Shown here: positions 1-10,450 of the stretch, in pieces | How positions within the stretch are numbered: the stretch's first letter is position 1 | How the letters are laid out: every line of letters begins with the position of its first letter | Source of the DNA: Lepidodermella squamata | Lineage: Eukaryota > Animalia > Gastrotricha | Length of the DNA: 64,000 nucleotides | Direction of reading: 5' to 3' | Assembly (NCBI GenBank): GCA_047495785.1 | Contig: JBLDXI010000003.1 | Location: 2,604,001-2,668,000, forward strand | Notes under the pieces: model-generated | Databases searched by the model: none | What the model was told of the DNA's origin: nothing | Seen by the model: only the letters and a program-made list of their open reading frames with translations | Translations under genes and position numbers: made by a program

Positions 1-51
1 TAACTTCAGCTATATTAATTTTTAAATAAGATTAGGTATTTCTTCAATAAG

Positions 52-1155
52 GACGTGGGTACTTCTGAAGGCATTGCCAAGCGACGATTCCGCGGATTTT
101 TCGCCCCAAAACCGGCGCCAAGACCTGCTCCTCCACCACCCCCACCTTCACCTCCAAGATTTTCGCATGTAATGCCCGCTGTGATCATGCCTCCGCGACC
201 ACAAGCCCCACCACGCTTTGTTCCACCCACACCAGTGCATGTGCCATCCGTAGTGGCGGATGTCCAGGCTCCGCCAGTGGCACCACCTTCTCCAGTGGCT
301 CCGCCCGAACCTGTGCCGGTCCAGTCGGTTGCATCAATGTTGCATTCTGCTCCTGTGCCTGTTGAGGTTCCACAAGTGGCGCCACGACCTGAGGTTCAAA
401 CTCCTGAGGCACAGCCAACTGCAACGCCTGAACCTACTCCATCACCGCCAGCTGTGGAGCCTGAGGTTTCGCCAAAAAACACTCAACCAAGTGCATCTGC
501 ACCGGCAGCCCCTGCCTCGATTGCTAAAGAGCCCTCCGCCAAAACTGCTGAAGTTGACATGACAACTTCTACTTCCTGGGAAGTGTCAGAATCGACGTCG
601 GCTTCGCCAAGTCCTATGGCCTCACACCCATCATCAACCCCAACTGTCAACCTGGAGTCAACCACGATTGCCACCTCGTCTGAAGCAACTAATGCCGAAT
701 CCGTCCAAACAACTTCAACGCCAGCGCCTTCTGTCCAACTGTTAGGTATATGAAACTGACTTCATTCGTGCCAACATGCTAATGATTATTTTATAGGTGA
801 GAGTAGTTCTCAAAATGAAGCGGAAAACGGGAATGAGAAGCCGCCAACGCAAGATATAGATTCCTTGGGAACTAACTTTTCAGGCAAGGAATCGGATGAG
901 CTAAATAATGTCCAACCAGCAGTTGAAAAATTGGAAGAGCCAGAACTTCAAGCTTCTATTTCAAGGGCCAAGATAATGCCCAAGTTTAACAAACCGAAGT
1001 ATCCTGCCGTGGCTCAGCCAGAGGAAGATGAAATTACTGATGATGATAACGAAAAAGAAGAAGAAGAAGAAGATCTTTTGGATGAGCCCGAAGATGAGCC
1101 CGAAGATGAGCCCGAAGACGAAGGGTTTTATTTTGAATTTGATGAAGATTACTGA
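52..1155 (+). CDS. Pro/Ser/Thr-rich low-complexity protein with a basic patch and an acidic Tyr-containing C-terminus (5' end probably outside the window)
   Basis: ORF 55-753 splices via a 51 nt GT-AG intron (746-796) in frame into ORF 865-1155 (exons ~52-745 and 797-1155). The first exon has no ATG at its start and an AG acceptor lies at 50-51. The protein ends ...EDEGFYFEFDEDY*. AATAAA at 1231-1236. Confidence 0.7.
1081..1116 (+). repeat. Coding tandem repeat (GATGAGCCCGAA)x3, encoding DEPE x3
   Basis: Directly visible 12 nt tandem repeat. Confidence 0.9.
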
Positions 1156-1694
1156 TTCAATCTGCGATCATTATCTTCTATTATACATCTTTCTGAAAGC
1201 GAATGATTTCAAGTGTTGAGTAACTGGTTGAATAAAAGGTGCAATCGATACGAAGAATTAAGTGAAATTCTTAGTTACTTATTATTCTTTGTAGACAAGC
1301 ATCCCCAACATAGCTCACACCTGCACAGTGACTTACCTGAGATAATCTCGAAGAGATCAACTCATGCTATCCAATCAGAAACTTTTTCATCATTTCGTTC
1401 ACATGATTTATATTATTGGTAATGTGCCTACTCATCTTCAGGAGCCGTAGACCTAATTCAATGAGAGGAAACCTATCGGAAGATTATCTCGCCATCAGCA
1501 ATCGTCGGCTCAAACTGCAACGTGCATATCCAGTTGCTTATTCACTTATTTTAATGTGATTTTTATCACCTGTGACCTATTCACTGGAAAAAGGATCCAG
1601 AATACTGCCCTAATACGTCAGTATCTGCCCGTGAGACCAGCCACCTTGAGCACGACTGCATTAACACATGCTGAATCTCACGATATTCGCACCT

Positions 1695-1700
1695 TATAAA
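1695..1700 (+). promoter_or_regulatory. Candidate TATA box of the secreted Pro/Glu/Gln-rich gene
   Basis: TATAAA 57 nt upstream of ATG 1752. Confidence 0.5.
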
Positions 1701-1751
1701 CAATTCTTCATCTAACCATTGCCCTTTTTAGTATTTCGAAAAGAGCAAGAG

Positions 1752-2618
1752 ATGAATTTGTTCATAGCGTCTCTCCTCCTGGTCGCAGCGACCAGCAACG
1801 CCCATCGCATAGCCGTACGTCAAGATGCAGCGCCCTCTGCACCCCCATCTCCTAGTCCCGTTCCACCGGAAGTGATCACTTCTAGCCCAGCGCCAGTAAC
1901 GCAGGAAGCTCAGAATCCTGTTTCAGTGGAACATGCTCTGCCACAACAAGAGAAAGCGCCTGAACCTGAGCCTCCGAAGCAGCCGGAGCCAGTACAACCT
2001 GAGCAACCTGCCGCCATTCAAACACAGCCTGAGCCCGCTCCAGCGCCAGAGGCTGAACAGCCGCCGATCCCCGCTCCCGCTCAAGAGCAGCAACCAGTTC
2101 CCGTTGAGCAAGCCCAACCTGAGCAACCTATCGTTCTCCCTGAGGCACAGCCTGAATTGACAAAGGTTGAACCTCAAATCGAACAGGTTGTTGTGCCTCA
2201 GGATGTCGAGACTCAACCTACCTTTGTTCAGGAAGTTCCTGTCCAAGCTGAGCCTACCATCAACCAGGAAGTCTCTGTCCAAGCTGAGCCCACCATTGTT
2301 CAGGAGGTTCCTGCCCAAGCTGAAATTGCAAAGCCTGATGAGGCTCCAATTTACTACCCTGTAGAAGTCCCGGTTGAGCGCCCCAAGAAGAAGAAGAACA
2401 AGGGTCCCAGGAAGGCTAAGCCCTACCGTAAACCCGCGCCAGATGCTGATTCTTGGGAAGAGTCTCTTCCTCGTGAACGGCCAACTGAGGAAGAAACTGA
2501 AGTCGACGAGGATGTTCACGCTGATTTCATCCCTCGCCGATTCAGAAAAGCCCCTAGGAAATCACCAACTTCCTACTACGACGAAGATTACTTGGAAGAG
2601 TACCTCGATCTAGAGTGA
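1752..2618 (+). CDS. Secreted, intronless Pro/Glu/Gln-rich protein (288 aa) with a Lys-rich patch and an acidic Tyr-rich tail
   Basis: ATG 1752 gives a signal-peptide-like MNLFIASLLLVAATSNA, then a PEQP-rich body, the KKKKNKGPRKAK patch and the tail YYDEDYLEEYLDLE*. AATAAA at 2712-2717. Confidence 0.8.
   Translation: MNLFIASLLLVAATSNAHRIAVRQDAAPSAPPSPSPVPPEVITSSPAPVTQEAQNPVSVEHALPQQEKAPEPEPPKQPEPVQPEQPAAIQTQPEPAPAPEAEQPPIPAPAQEQQPVPVEQAQPEQPIVLPEAQPELTKVEPQIEQVVVPQDVETQPTFVQEVPVQAEPTINQEVSVQAEPTIVQEVPAQAEIAKPDEAPIYYPVEVPVERPKKKKNKGPRKAKPYRKPAPDADSWEESLPRERPTEEETEVDEDVHADFIPRRFRKAPRKSPTSYYDEDYLEEYLDLE
2226..2324 (+). repeat. Coding 36 nt tandem repeat (~2.8 copies, VQEVPVQAEPTI)
   Basis: gttcaggaagttcctgtccaagctgagcctaccatc / aaccaggaagtctctgtccaagctgagcccaccatt / gttcaggaggttcctgcccaagctgaa. 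Confidence 0.85.
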
Positions 2619-5600
2619 TCTTCGCAATTTCCTTTTCAAGGCAGCTTGCTTATTACGCCAGTGATTGCAGATCTTAGATTTCACATCATTTCACATCATC
2701 AAAGCGGCAAAAATAAAAATTGTGATGGGAATACAATAGGGTGTTTGTTTTGTCTTGTCTAGTGCATTAAGCGTAATTAGGCCCGTCGGCAGGTGTTTAC
2801 TGTTATTATTAGACCGCCTAGCTATGACAACATATTTTTCAATAAAAAATTTCAACTATTTTTAGGACTTCCTATTAAATAGAAGAAGCTAATAATAATC
2901 CATTATCGTCAACACACTTATCCATAAACACAAAAACACATCATGATCCTGAGACGTTTTGTCATCAACAATAATAAACATGCTTATATACCCGTGATGC
3001 GTGCATCGCGGTCATCGTCATCATCGTCGTCGCTATTTCATGTCGGCGACTAAAAATAAGACCGTCTGTTTGCTCGCACTTTGTTTTTTTCGACTGCGCG
3101 CACGCTTCACCTGTGCGCGCGCGCGCCCTCGATAAAAAATATTTTTTTGCCGAGGTGCACGCCACGTATATGACTGATACACTGCAGCAATTAGGCGGAT
3201 GAGGAGTATTTTTCGGTGAATCTTGAAAACTGACCAGGAGCATTAGTGACTGAAAAAAATAAAACGCCATGAAGAGGGAAAATTACTCGAATTTCATGAC
3301 CTATATCAATCAGTTTTTTGTATCACGGATCGAGTGCAGCCAAGGTGAACCAGACGGCCTTTACCCTCGTAAACATTATTTGTCTTAATTTTGAAAGACC
3401 CTCTCATATTTGCAGGAATCATCCTTTTTCATGCCTTGGTAAACAACACCCGAAAAAAATATTTACTGTTATTTTTCGGGCGATTAGCTGAAAATCAGAC
3501 GGGCTATAAAAACAAAAACATTTTATTATTTATTTCCACCCGAAGAAAAATTGGCTTTTACCATTCTGTTTTTATTATTGCGGCTTTTTATTGTTATCGC
3601 AGCAGCGAGTGTGAATTGTTATTATTACTTGGTACCCGCCCTTGGTGATGCATCAAAACAAAAAAATTACAGTACATGAAAGTCGCAAGGGCGCAATTTT
3701 CAAAAATAATAATAATAATAAGGCGGCACTTGCGCAGCGCATTTTTCCAGTTTGTTTTTGTTTTTTGCGCGCGCGCGCTTTCGCTTAATGAAAATAACAC
3801 GTATCGATGTACCACGTGCACTGGCGATTGGCCAGTGCAAAAATAGCGCTCATATCGTGGCAACGCAAAATAACACTAATAACGAACGCAGCCCGGACGT
3901 CGCGGGATAAAAATTGTGGCAATACTTACAGCGCAAAAATAGCCAAGTTGCGCTCGATAAAAGAAAGTGATAAAAGAATGTAAGAACGTATTACTAATAT
4001 ATATACGGATGTGAATGCGCTACTTGTAAGACACACGCGCAAATAATAATATGTACGCACTTTTCGTTTTTTATTTTTTTGCGCCTTAATAACATTATTG
4101 AGCGACCGCACGCGCAGCATATCGCATTATTATTATATATGTCCTTTATATCGCGAAAAACACGCACTGGGCACGCGCGTTTTTCCACACCGAAGTTGGG
4201 TGCATGCTTTTCATGTGTTGGTTTTTTTCGCTCCACCGTCTTTCGGTTTTGAGTTCACTTGGTGGAAAGGTGAAATGAAAAAATTCATATTCTGCGTCAC
4301 AACGCTGGGTGTGTGTGTTTAATCGCGTTATTTAACAACAACATTATACTGTGAACACGTTAGCGTTTGTCGCGGTCTCGCGTCAAAACTTTCACCCGAT
4401 GCCACATATTATTATTTTTATGTTGTATATATTCAACAAAGCGCGCATATGATACACGCTATTTTATAGCGGCGCGTCGCCTTTTTGCGCGCTCGCAACC
4501 GGAATGAAATGCCCCCGCGTTTAGCGGCACGCCTTAATAATATACTCACACGCTTTTCAAAAACAAACACGTGAAAAAATTAATTGAAAGAAAAAATGAA
4601 ATAATATTTTGAGTGTTAAATTGAAGTGATAAACAATAAATAAATGCAATAATATTATCATCGGGTAATACACTATTTTTTGTTTATACAAACATTATTT
4701 ATACGCGTTATGTTACGAGGGCTGAATAACAACAATATTTTGTTGCATCGTTATTTTGTCTGCGTCGACTCATACATATTTTATTGTTATAGCACATGTT
4801 TTCTTCATCAGGAGCCATGTTTTGCTTGGCTTTTATTGTTATTATTGTTATTATTATGGTGGCAGCGGCGTCGCTCTGTTGTTTCGCAGTGAAGGTACCG
4901 TCGTACGCGGAAAACGCAAACAACAATATTTTGCCGCAGCGTTTGTTTCTTTCGTTTCGCGCGCGCGCAAAAAGACGCCGGCGTTGCTGAAAATTCGGCA
5001 ACTTGAAGCCGGGCGCGCATAAAACGGTGCGCTTACAACACGCGGTCGCCGTTTAAACAACACAAAAATAATGCGCCAAAGCCACTCTTTGCAACAAGGA
5101 GCAGAAAACACAGTATAAAATAATATAAACGTAAACATAAACAAAAACAACAATGAAGCGACAATATATTACGCGGCGTTGGGGGCTGTTGGCCAAAAAT
5201 ACGACGCCAAGCTATCTTCTTTCGAGCGCGCGCCTCGTGTGCTCGCGACGCCATATTTTTAGCGTTATTTTGGCCGCCGAGCACGCGCTTTTCTGCGCGC
5301 GTGTAATCATCATCGCCAGGATACGCACTATTATTATCGTCATCATTATTTAGCGCATTGTCATTTGTTTAACCCCTGCGCTTGTTCTTTTTACCACACC
5401 GCGCGACAACAAAAACATCGGCGATTTGAAACTGCGGAATTTCAGTGCGAAATGTGTACAAAATATGATGAACTTGATTGATGAAGAGGAAAAACAGGCA
5501 CCGAATCAAAATATATTTTGTTCACAGCCGAAAAAAACCGACCGATTTTTTTGTCGCCGATGCTATTTTTATTATTGCCGTCGGAGAAAATCAGTGCGAT

Positions 5601-7086
5601 GTCCGCTGCTGCTGTAAAAGTGAGCGACGACGAGCATCAGCGGAGCAAAAGAGCGCACACGGCTCAGGAAGTAAACACCATAATAAACAAATGCGAAAAT
5701 CTTCGATTTTACGCGCCCTCAACGCGCGTATAATATAATGTTTATTTATATTTATACTATTATAAGTGCTCCTTCTATCTATCTCTATATAGCAATTGTA
5801 CGCGTATAAACACATCTCTCGCAGTGCAAAAGCCCCGCCGCATGTTGTTTTGTTGTTTTGTACAGCAGGCTGCTCCTACTATATGGAAACGTGACGAGTA
5901 GGCCCGGGACGATACTTTATATTTTCTGCCTTGTTGTTGTTGACGCGATTCTATATAGTAATAATAATAATATAATTCACTCTACGCGTAAATACGGCGG
6001 TGGAGACCTGTTATGATTGCAAATTGATGTTTGTGGTATTATTATCAGCAGAAAACAAACCAGAGAAAAATACGCCTTTGTTTACAAATAAAATTAAGGT
6101 TTTGATCTGATTTTGACGCGAACGCAAAAAAACGACCACCTTGTTTTGTTACATTGAATAACTTTTTATTATCTTCATCATTTTGAAATTCGCGACGTGA
6201 AGAAAATGATAATAACATCTTGTTGTTGTTTTTGTTGTTTAGTTCCATCATCATCGTGTTCTTCCGTTCACGATGCATAAGACGAATAGTAAATATTCCT
6301 CTGCTCTTGGCACAACGACGATAAAATTTTTCGAATAAAATGGTTCAAGATATATATATTTGCTTTTCAATATATAGCGATGGTTATATAAATGATTATG
6401 ACGATTTTTTCCGCAGCAAAAAAATTAAATATAACAAGAAGTGTCTATCGAAATTTTTCATGATTTTCAATATTATAAACAAACACGCAGTGAATTTTTC
6501 CGTATCAGGAGGAGTTAAATGAGAGAGAGAGAGAGTCACAAGCACCCAGCCTCTTACCGCCTCAACAAAGAACGAAGATGAAGAACGAAGCAACGAGTAC
6601 GAATAAGAACATGTTTACGATTTGATTGATTCTCTCTGCCTTAAAACATAAAGTATGAGGTATTTCGCTTTCAAATATCCTTCTATGAGATGATGAAGCA
6701 AAGACGAAAAAATAGTGTATCTTAGCTGCACTTAGAAGTACACGCGGCAAGACGCAAAAACTTTGTACTACGCGAGGTATTAAACTAAAAGTCAGTTCAT
6801 CAATTTTTACGACAGTGATTGGCTGATTAAAAAATACTACACCACCTTAGCTCTACTGAAAATGACAAATTTTTCAACCGTGAACCGATTTACAGCAAAG
6901 ATGTGCGCTAAGGTTTGAAGTTATAAGCAGAAAGGTTATAACAAGAAATATTAATCATTATTTTTTTGAGAAAGTATCCGGAGTTTTCGCAGGTGTTGAA
7001 GTCCAGGCGTGGAAATGAGACAGAGAAAATTTGAATAAAATTTCCTATAATAAATCGCAATCGACGACTTGTTTGATTGACTTTGA

Positions 7087-8464
7087 TTATTTGGACAACA
7101 TCGCGCGCAACAGGCTCATTTTCATCCTAGTCACTTCATTGTACTTGTCCGATGACCCGCCACTCGAGCGTCGACTGCGACCGGAGGATGATGAACCCGA
7201 ACTCGATGAACTCGAAGTACTACTCGACCGGCTTTTGCGCCGCTGCGGTTGCTGCGGTTGCTGATGTTGCTGCTGTCCAGCTTGATGTCGATGGCGATTT
7301 GAGGATGATGAAAGACGCGACGCCTTCTGAACCTTCCCTCCTTCAACTCTCCGTAGCTCCTCTCGATTTTGATGATGATTAATATTATTGTTAGTTAACT
7401 GACTACTGCTACCATAACCGGGCATAGCTGTTTGGGAGGATTGCAGGGCGTTGAAACGTGGAGAAGGATTAACATTTTCGATTGCATTATTTGAAGAATC
7501 CGGCGCCGAAAATCCACAACAGCTTATACACTGCTCGGCGTTATTCGCGATGCTAGCCGCGACTTCGGGCACTCCGATGGCTTTTGCACTGTAAGTAACC
7601 AAGTCTCGAACAATGTCCGTAACAGTATCAACAGGTATAAAAGTAGTTCCAGTTTGAGGTGATGAACGAATGGGAATAGTTCCTAAATATCAACAAATTC
7701 GTCATCTAAAAAAATCAGTTAAGCATTATTCATACCCGAGAAGGCACCCTGCACCACACCGGGCGCGATTTGTTCGAGACGATCGACCACAGTTCCCGCC
7801 TTGGCAGTATTTTTCGCAGGACTGGGAATGTGAGGTCCCGTTACGGCAGAGTTTATTTTCAATTGAATAAGCAAAGTGTGATTCTCAGTTTTGACAGCGA
7901 CCGTTAACGCCAGATTTCCAGCGAGAAAGTCGTCAAACTGCTTTGCTTCGACATGATTGAAAAAATCTTGCTGATTCATATCTGGTAGCGCAGCAGATTC
8001 ATTAATAGCACCAACTTTTTTGCTACAAGATGCATTGTTGATAGCTTCCTAATATCGATAAATATCTATAAAGGATATTGCCCGAAGGATAAATCACTCA
8101 CTTTGGTTCCAGTTTCCATAGAAAGAAAAACGCGAATTGTCGAAAGATCACAAAGGCCATTTTCCATGAGTGTGCCAGATGAAAGAACGCTGAATAATTA
8201 TAAATTAAACACCATAAGATCGACCAAAACTTCAACTTACCAGTCTTTGAATAATAGAGAAATTTTATCTGGTAAGACGTTAAGTTTCTTCGCAACCAGG
8301 TTTCGCAACGAGGGTATTTGTAAAAAATTAGATACGATTAGTACAAAACGTCCTCCGGTCATAGTGTCAATGACGATGCGAACATCGCCATCAACATTCT
8401 CTTGATCAGCCAGTGGCGAAGTGCATGTCGGCGCGATCGGGCCTAGCACTTCAGCTGTTTCCAT
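7087..8464 (-). CDS. MIDN: Midnolin (Drosophila stuxnet homologue), ~406 aa
   Basis: Exons 8464-8241, 8189-8102, 8048-7736 and 7682-7087 with GT-AG introns of 51/53/53 nt, frame conserved. Recognised parts: Ubl domain (TMTGGRFVLIV...KISLLFKD-CVLSSGTL...METG), Catch1 (QFDDFLAGNLALTVAVKTENHTLLIQL), Catch2 (GTVVDRLEQIAPGVVQGAFSGTI...TVTDIVRDL) and C-helix (NEVTRMKMSLLRAML). Confidence 0.85.
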
Positions 8465-9078
8465 CTCCTCCCCACGAAAATGTGATAAGCAGCCAAAACA
8501 ATTCAATCGACAGTTAAAAAATATAAAATGAATTGACAGGAACCTAAGGAGAGAATGTCAGCGGCTGCTATCAATAACAATAAACAACAGTGAGGCACAT
8601 CAGTGATTGACCACGCGATTTAGGAAGAGTATCAAAAATTGTCAACAACAAAACATATTTACAATGAAACAATGTTTGTAGTTAAGCCAAATAAACACTC
8701 TAAATATATCGCAGTTTGAAAATGGGAAAATTTTCGAAGGATGTACTGACTATATATAGCCTAGGAACAAGAAATACTGAGAAAATGTTCTCTGGCAATG
8801 AAACTGAAAAATAAAAAATGGGTACACACGCGCATACCTCGTTTATTCGCACTCATGCCGAAGATGCACTAAGGACCGAAATGACTCACACCCGAAGTTG
8901 CACCACAGTACGAGCTGCGCGTATAGAAAAGCACATAAGCGGTACATACACATATTTTTTTGAAAAATGCCCGCGCTAATTCAAATTTGCAAAATCAAAT
9001 TTTTGTTAAACATTTTTAATTAGAAAAATAAACAATGTTATGATATTTTTGAATTAATGTGTCAACAAAACTGTAAAC

Positions 9079-9096
9079 CACGTGCTGTCACGTGAC
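9079..9096. promoter_or_regulatory. Tandem E-boxes (CACGTG and palindromic GTCACGTGAC) in the divergent midnolin / RWDD3-ALG6 promoter region
   Basis: CACGTG at 9079-9084 and GTCACGTGAC at 9087-9096, between divergently transcribed genes. Confidence 0.55.
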
Positions 9097-9948
9097 TTTG
9101 TAGTGCAAACGTGAAGCGTCGTCAAGATGCTACATGACGCGCCAGTTGCACCCTCATGAACTTCGAACTTTGAACCACACCGGCGCTCTTGTTCAACCCA
9201 TTTCTACAATGCCTTGCACTCTTTCGCCTCTTGTAGTGGCCGCTCGTACGTGGTACGAACTTGCAGGTGTCCATTAATCAAATTATTAATTTGTTGTTCG
9301 GGATCATCTTTAGGGCGCACTTGGATTTTTCTACGAAAGTTCAACTCGTTCTACACTTGATCGTTCTTAAGGTGCGAGTTCAATGTGTGATCTTTGTGTA
9401 ATATCCGTGTTAATATAACATGGGTGACCTTTAAGGGATATTACTGCCGGACCTTTTCAATCTCCGGCTAGAGGCTAACGGCTAGCTTGTTACCATGTTA
9501 CATGTTAGCTCCGAGCTTGATAGCCATTAAAGATTGATTCAAGAATTGTAAAGAAGAAAGGCTTCTCGTAAATCGAAGGACGTTAGAAAAGCAAATATTT
9601 CCAATCCCCCATCTATCACTATTAGGTACATTATATTCAAGTCTATGAAATTCCACCTTCTCTCTGATCTGGCAAGGCCCATCATTGATAACTAATATTT
9701 CATGCTTACTATTGAACCTCTTCTATTCTAAATTGATCGAACTAGCTGATGTTATCCCAAACAACGGTAATAATCGGTGCATATGAAAGTATAGGGCGAA
9801 AACACTCGGATGGTATTAATTTTGAGATTTGAAAAGCTGTTTGAAAATGTGATGAATTGCGTCAAAGAATGGCCAAAGCTCTTGGTCAGAAAATAGCGTA
9901 TTTATTGACTGATGAAGGATAAATTTGAATCAATCTAGGTATACCGGG

Positions 9949-10403
9949 ATGTTTTGCTTGCTTTTGCACATTGATCACATGAGAAATGAGACTAAATATA
10001 AACGTAATTTGGAGGAAATTTGCGCAAACTGTGATACAACCTGTTTGATCGTCAAGTATGGACCTAAACTAATTTTTTTCATCATCAGCGCTAGGTCCGA
10101 AGATTCAACTAAGGTGATAATTAATTACTCGGCCGCAAACGATCAACTTATTTGTTATTGTTGAAGAAATTCTTGACCGCGTTCAAATCTTCAAATGTTG
10201 ACGTCAGTAGCCGCGGACAGAAATGTAAAGAGAAAATGTCGAGTGCCGTGGGCTCGCTCCAAGTATCCGACGACGTTCTCTTTCACTTTGACAAACCCGT
10301 TCACGAAATTGCGTTCTCTAACATTGACGAAGCACGTGATTGGTTCGCTAAAGCTCGAGCTTCCGAATTTTTCTCGAAACTACTCTTGCCCTGTCTGAAA
10401 TAG
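9949..10403 (+). CDS. RWDD3: RWDD3/RSUME-like protein (C-terminal domain; any 5' RWD-domain exons not resolved)
   Basis: Exons 9939/9949-10113 and 10167-10403 (53 nt intron). LLLHIDHMRNETKY...FKSSNVDVSSRGQKCKEKMS matches the RWDD3 C-terminal motifs LLHLDHMR and KVDVDSSGKKCKEKM. Confidence 0.8.
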
Positions 10404-10450
10404 AGGTGAATTGTACCGATGTAATTGTATGTTTCGGTTTTGAAGTGTAG

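Noticed and set aside
2965-6750. Many 60-100 aa ORFs on both strands
   Set aside because: Low-complexity translations of A/T- and CG-run DNA, with no domain motifs or consistent exon chain.
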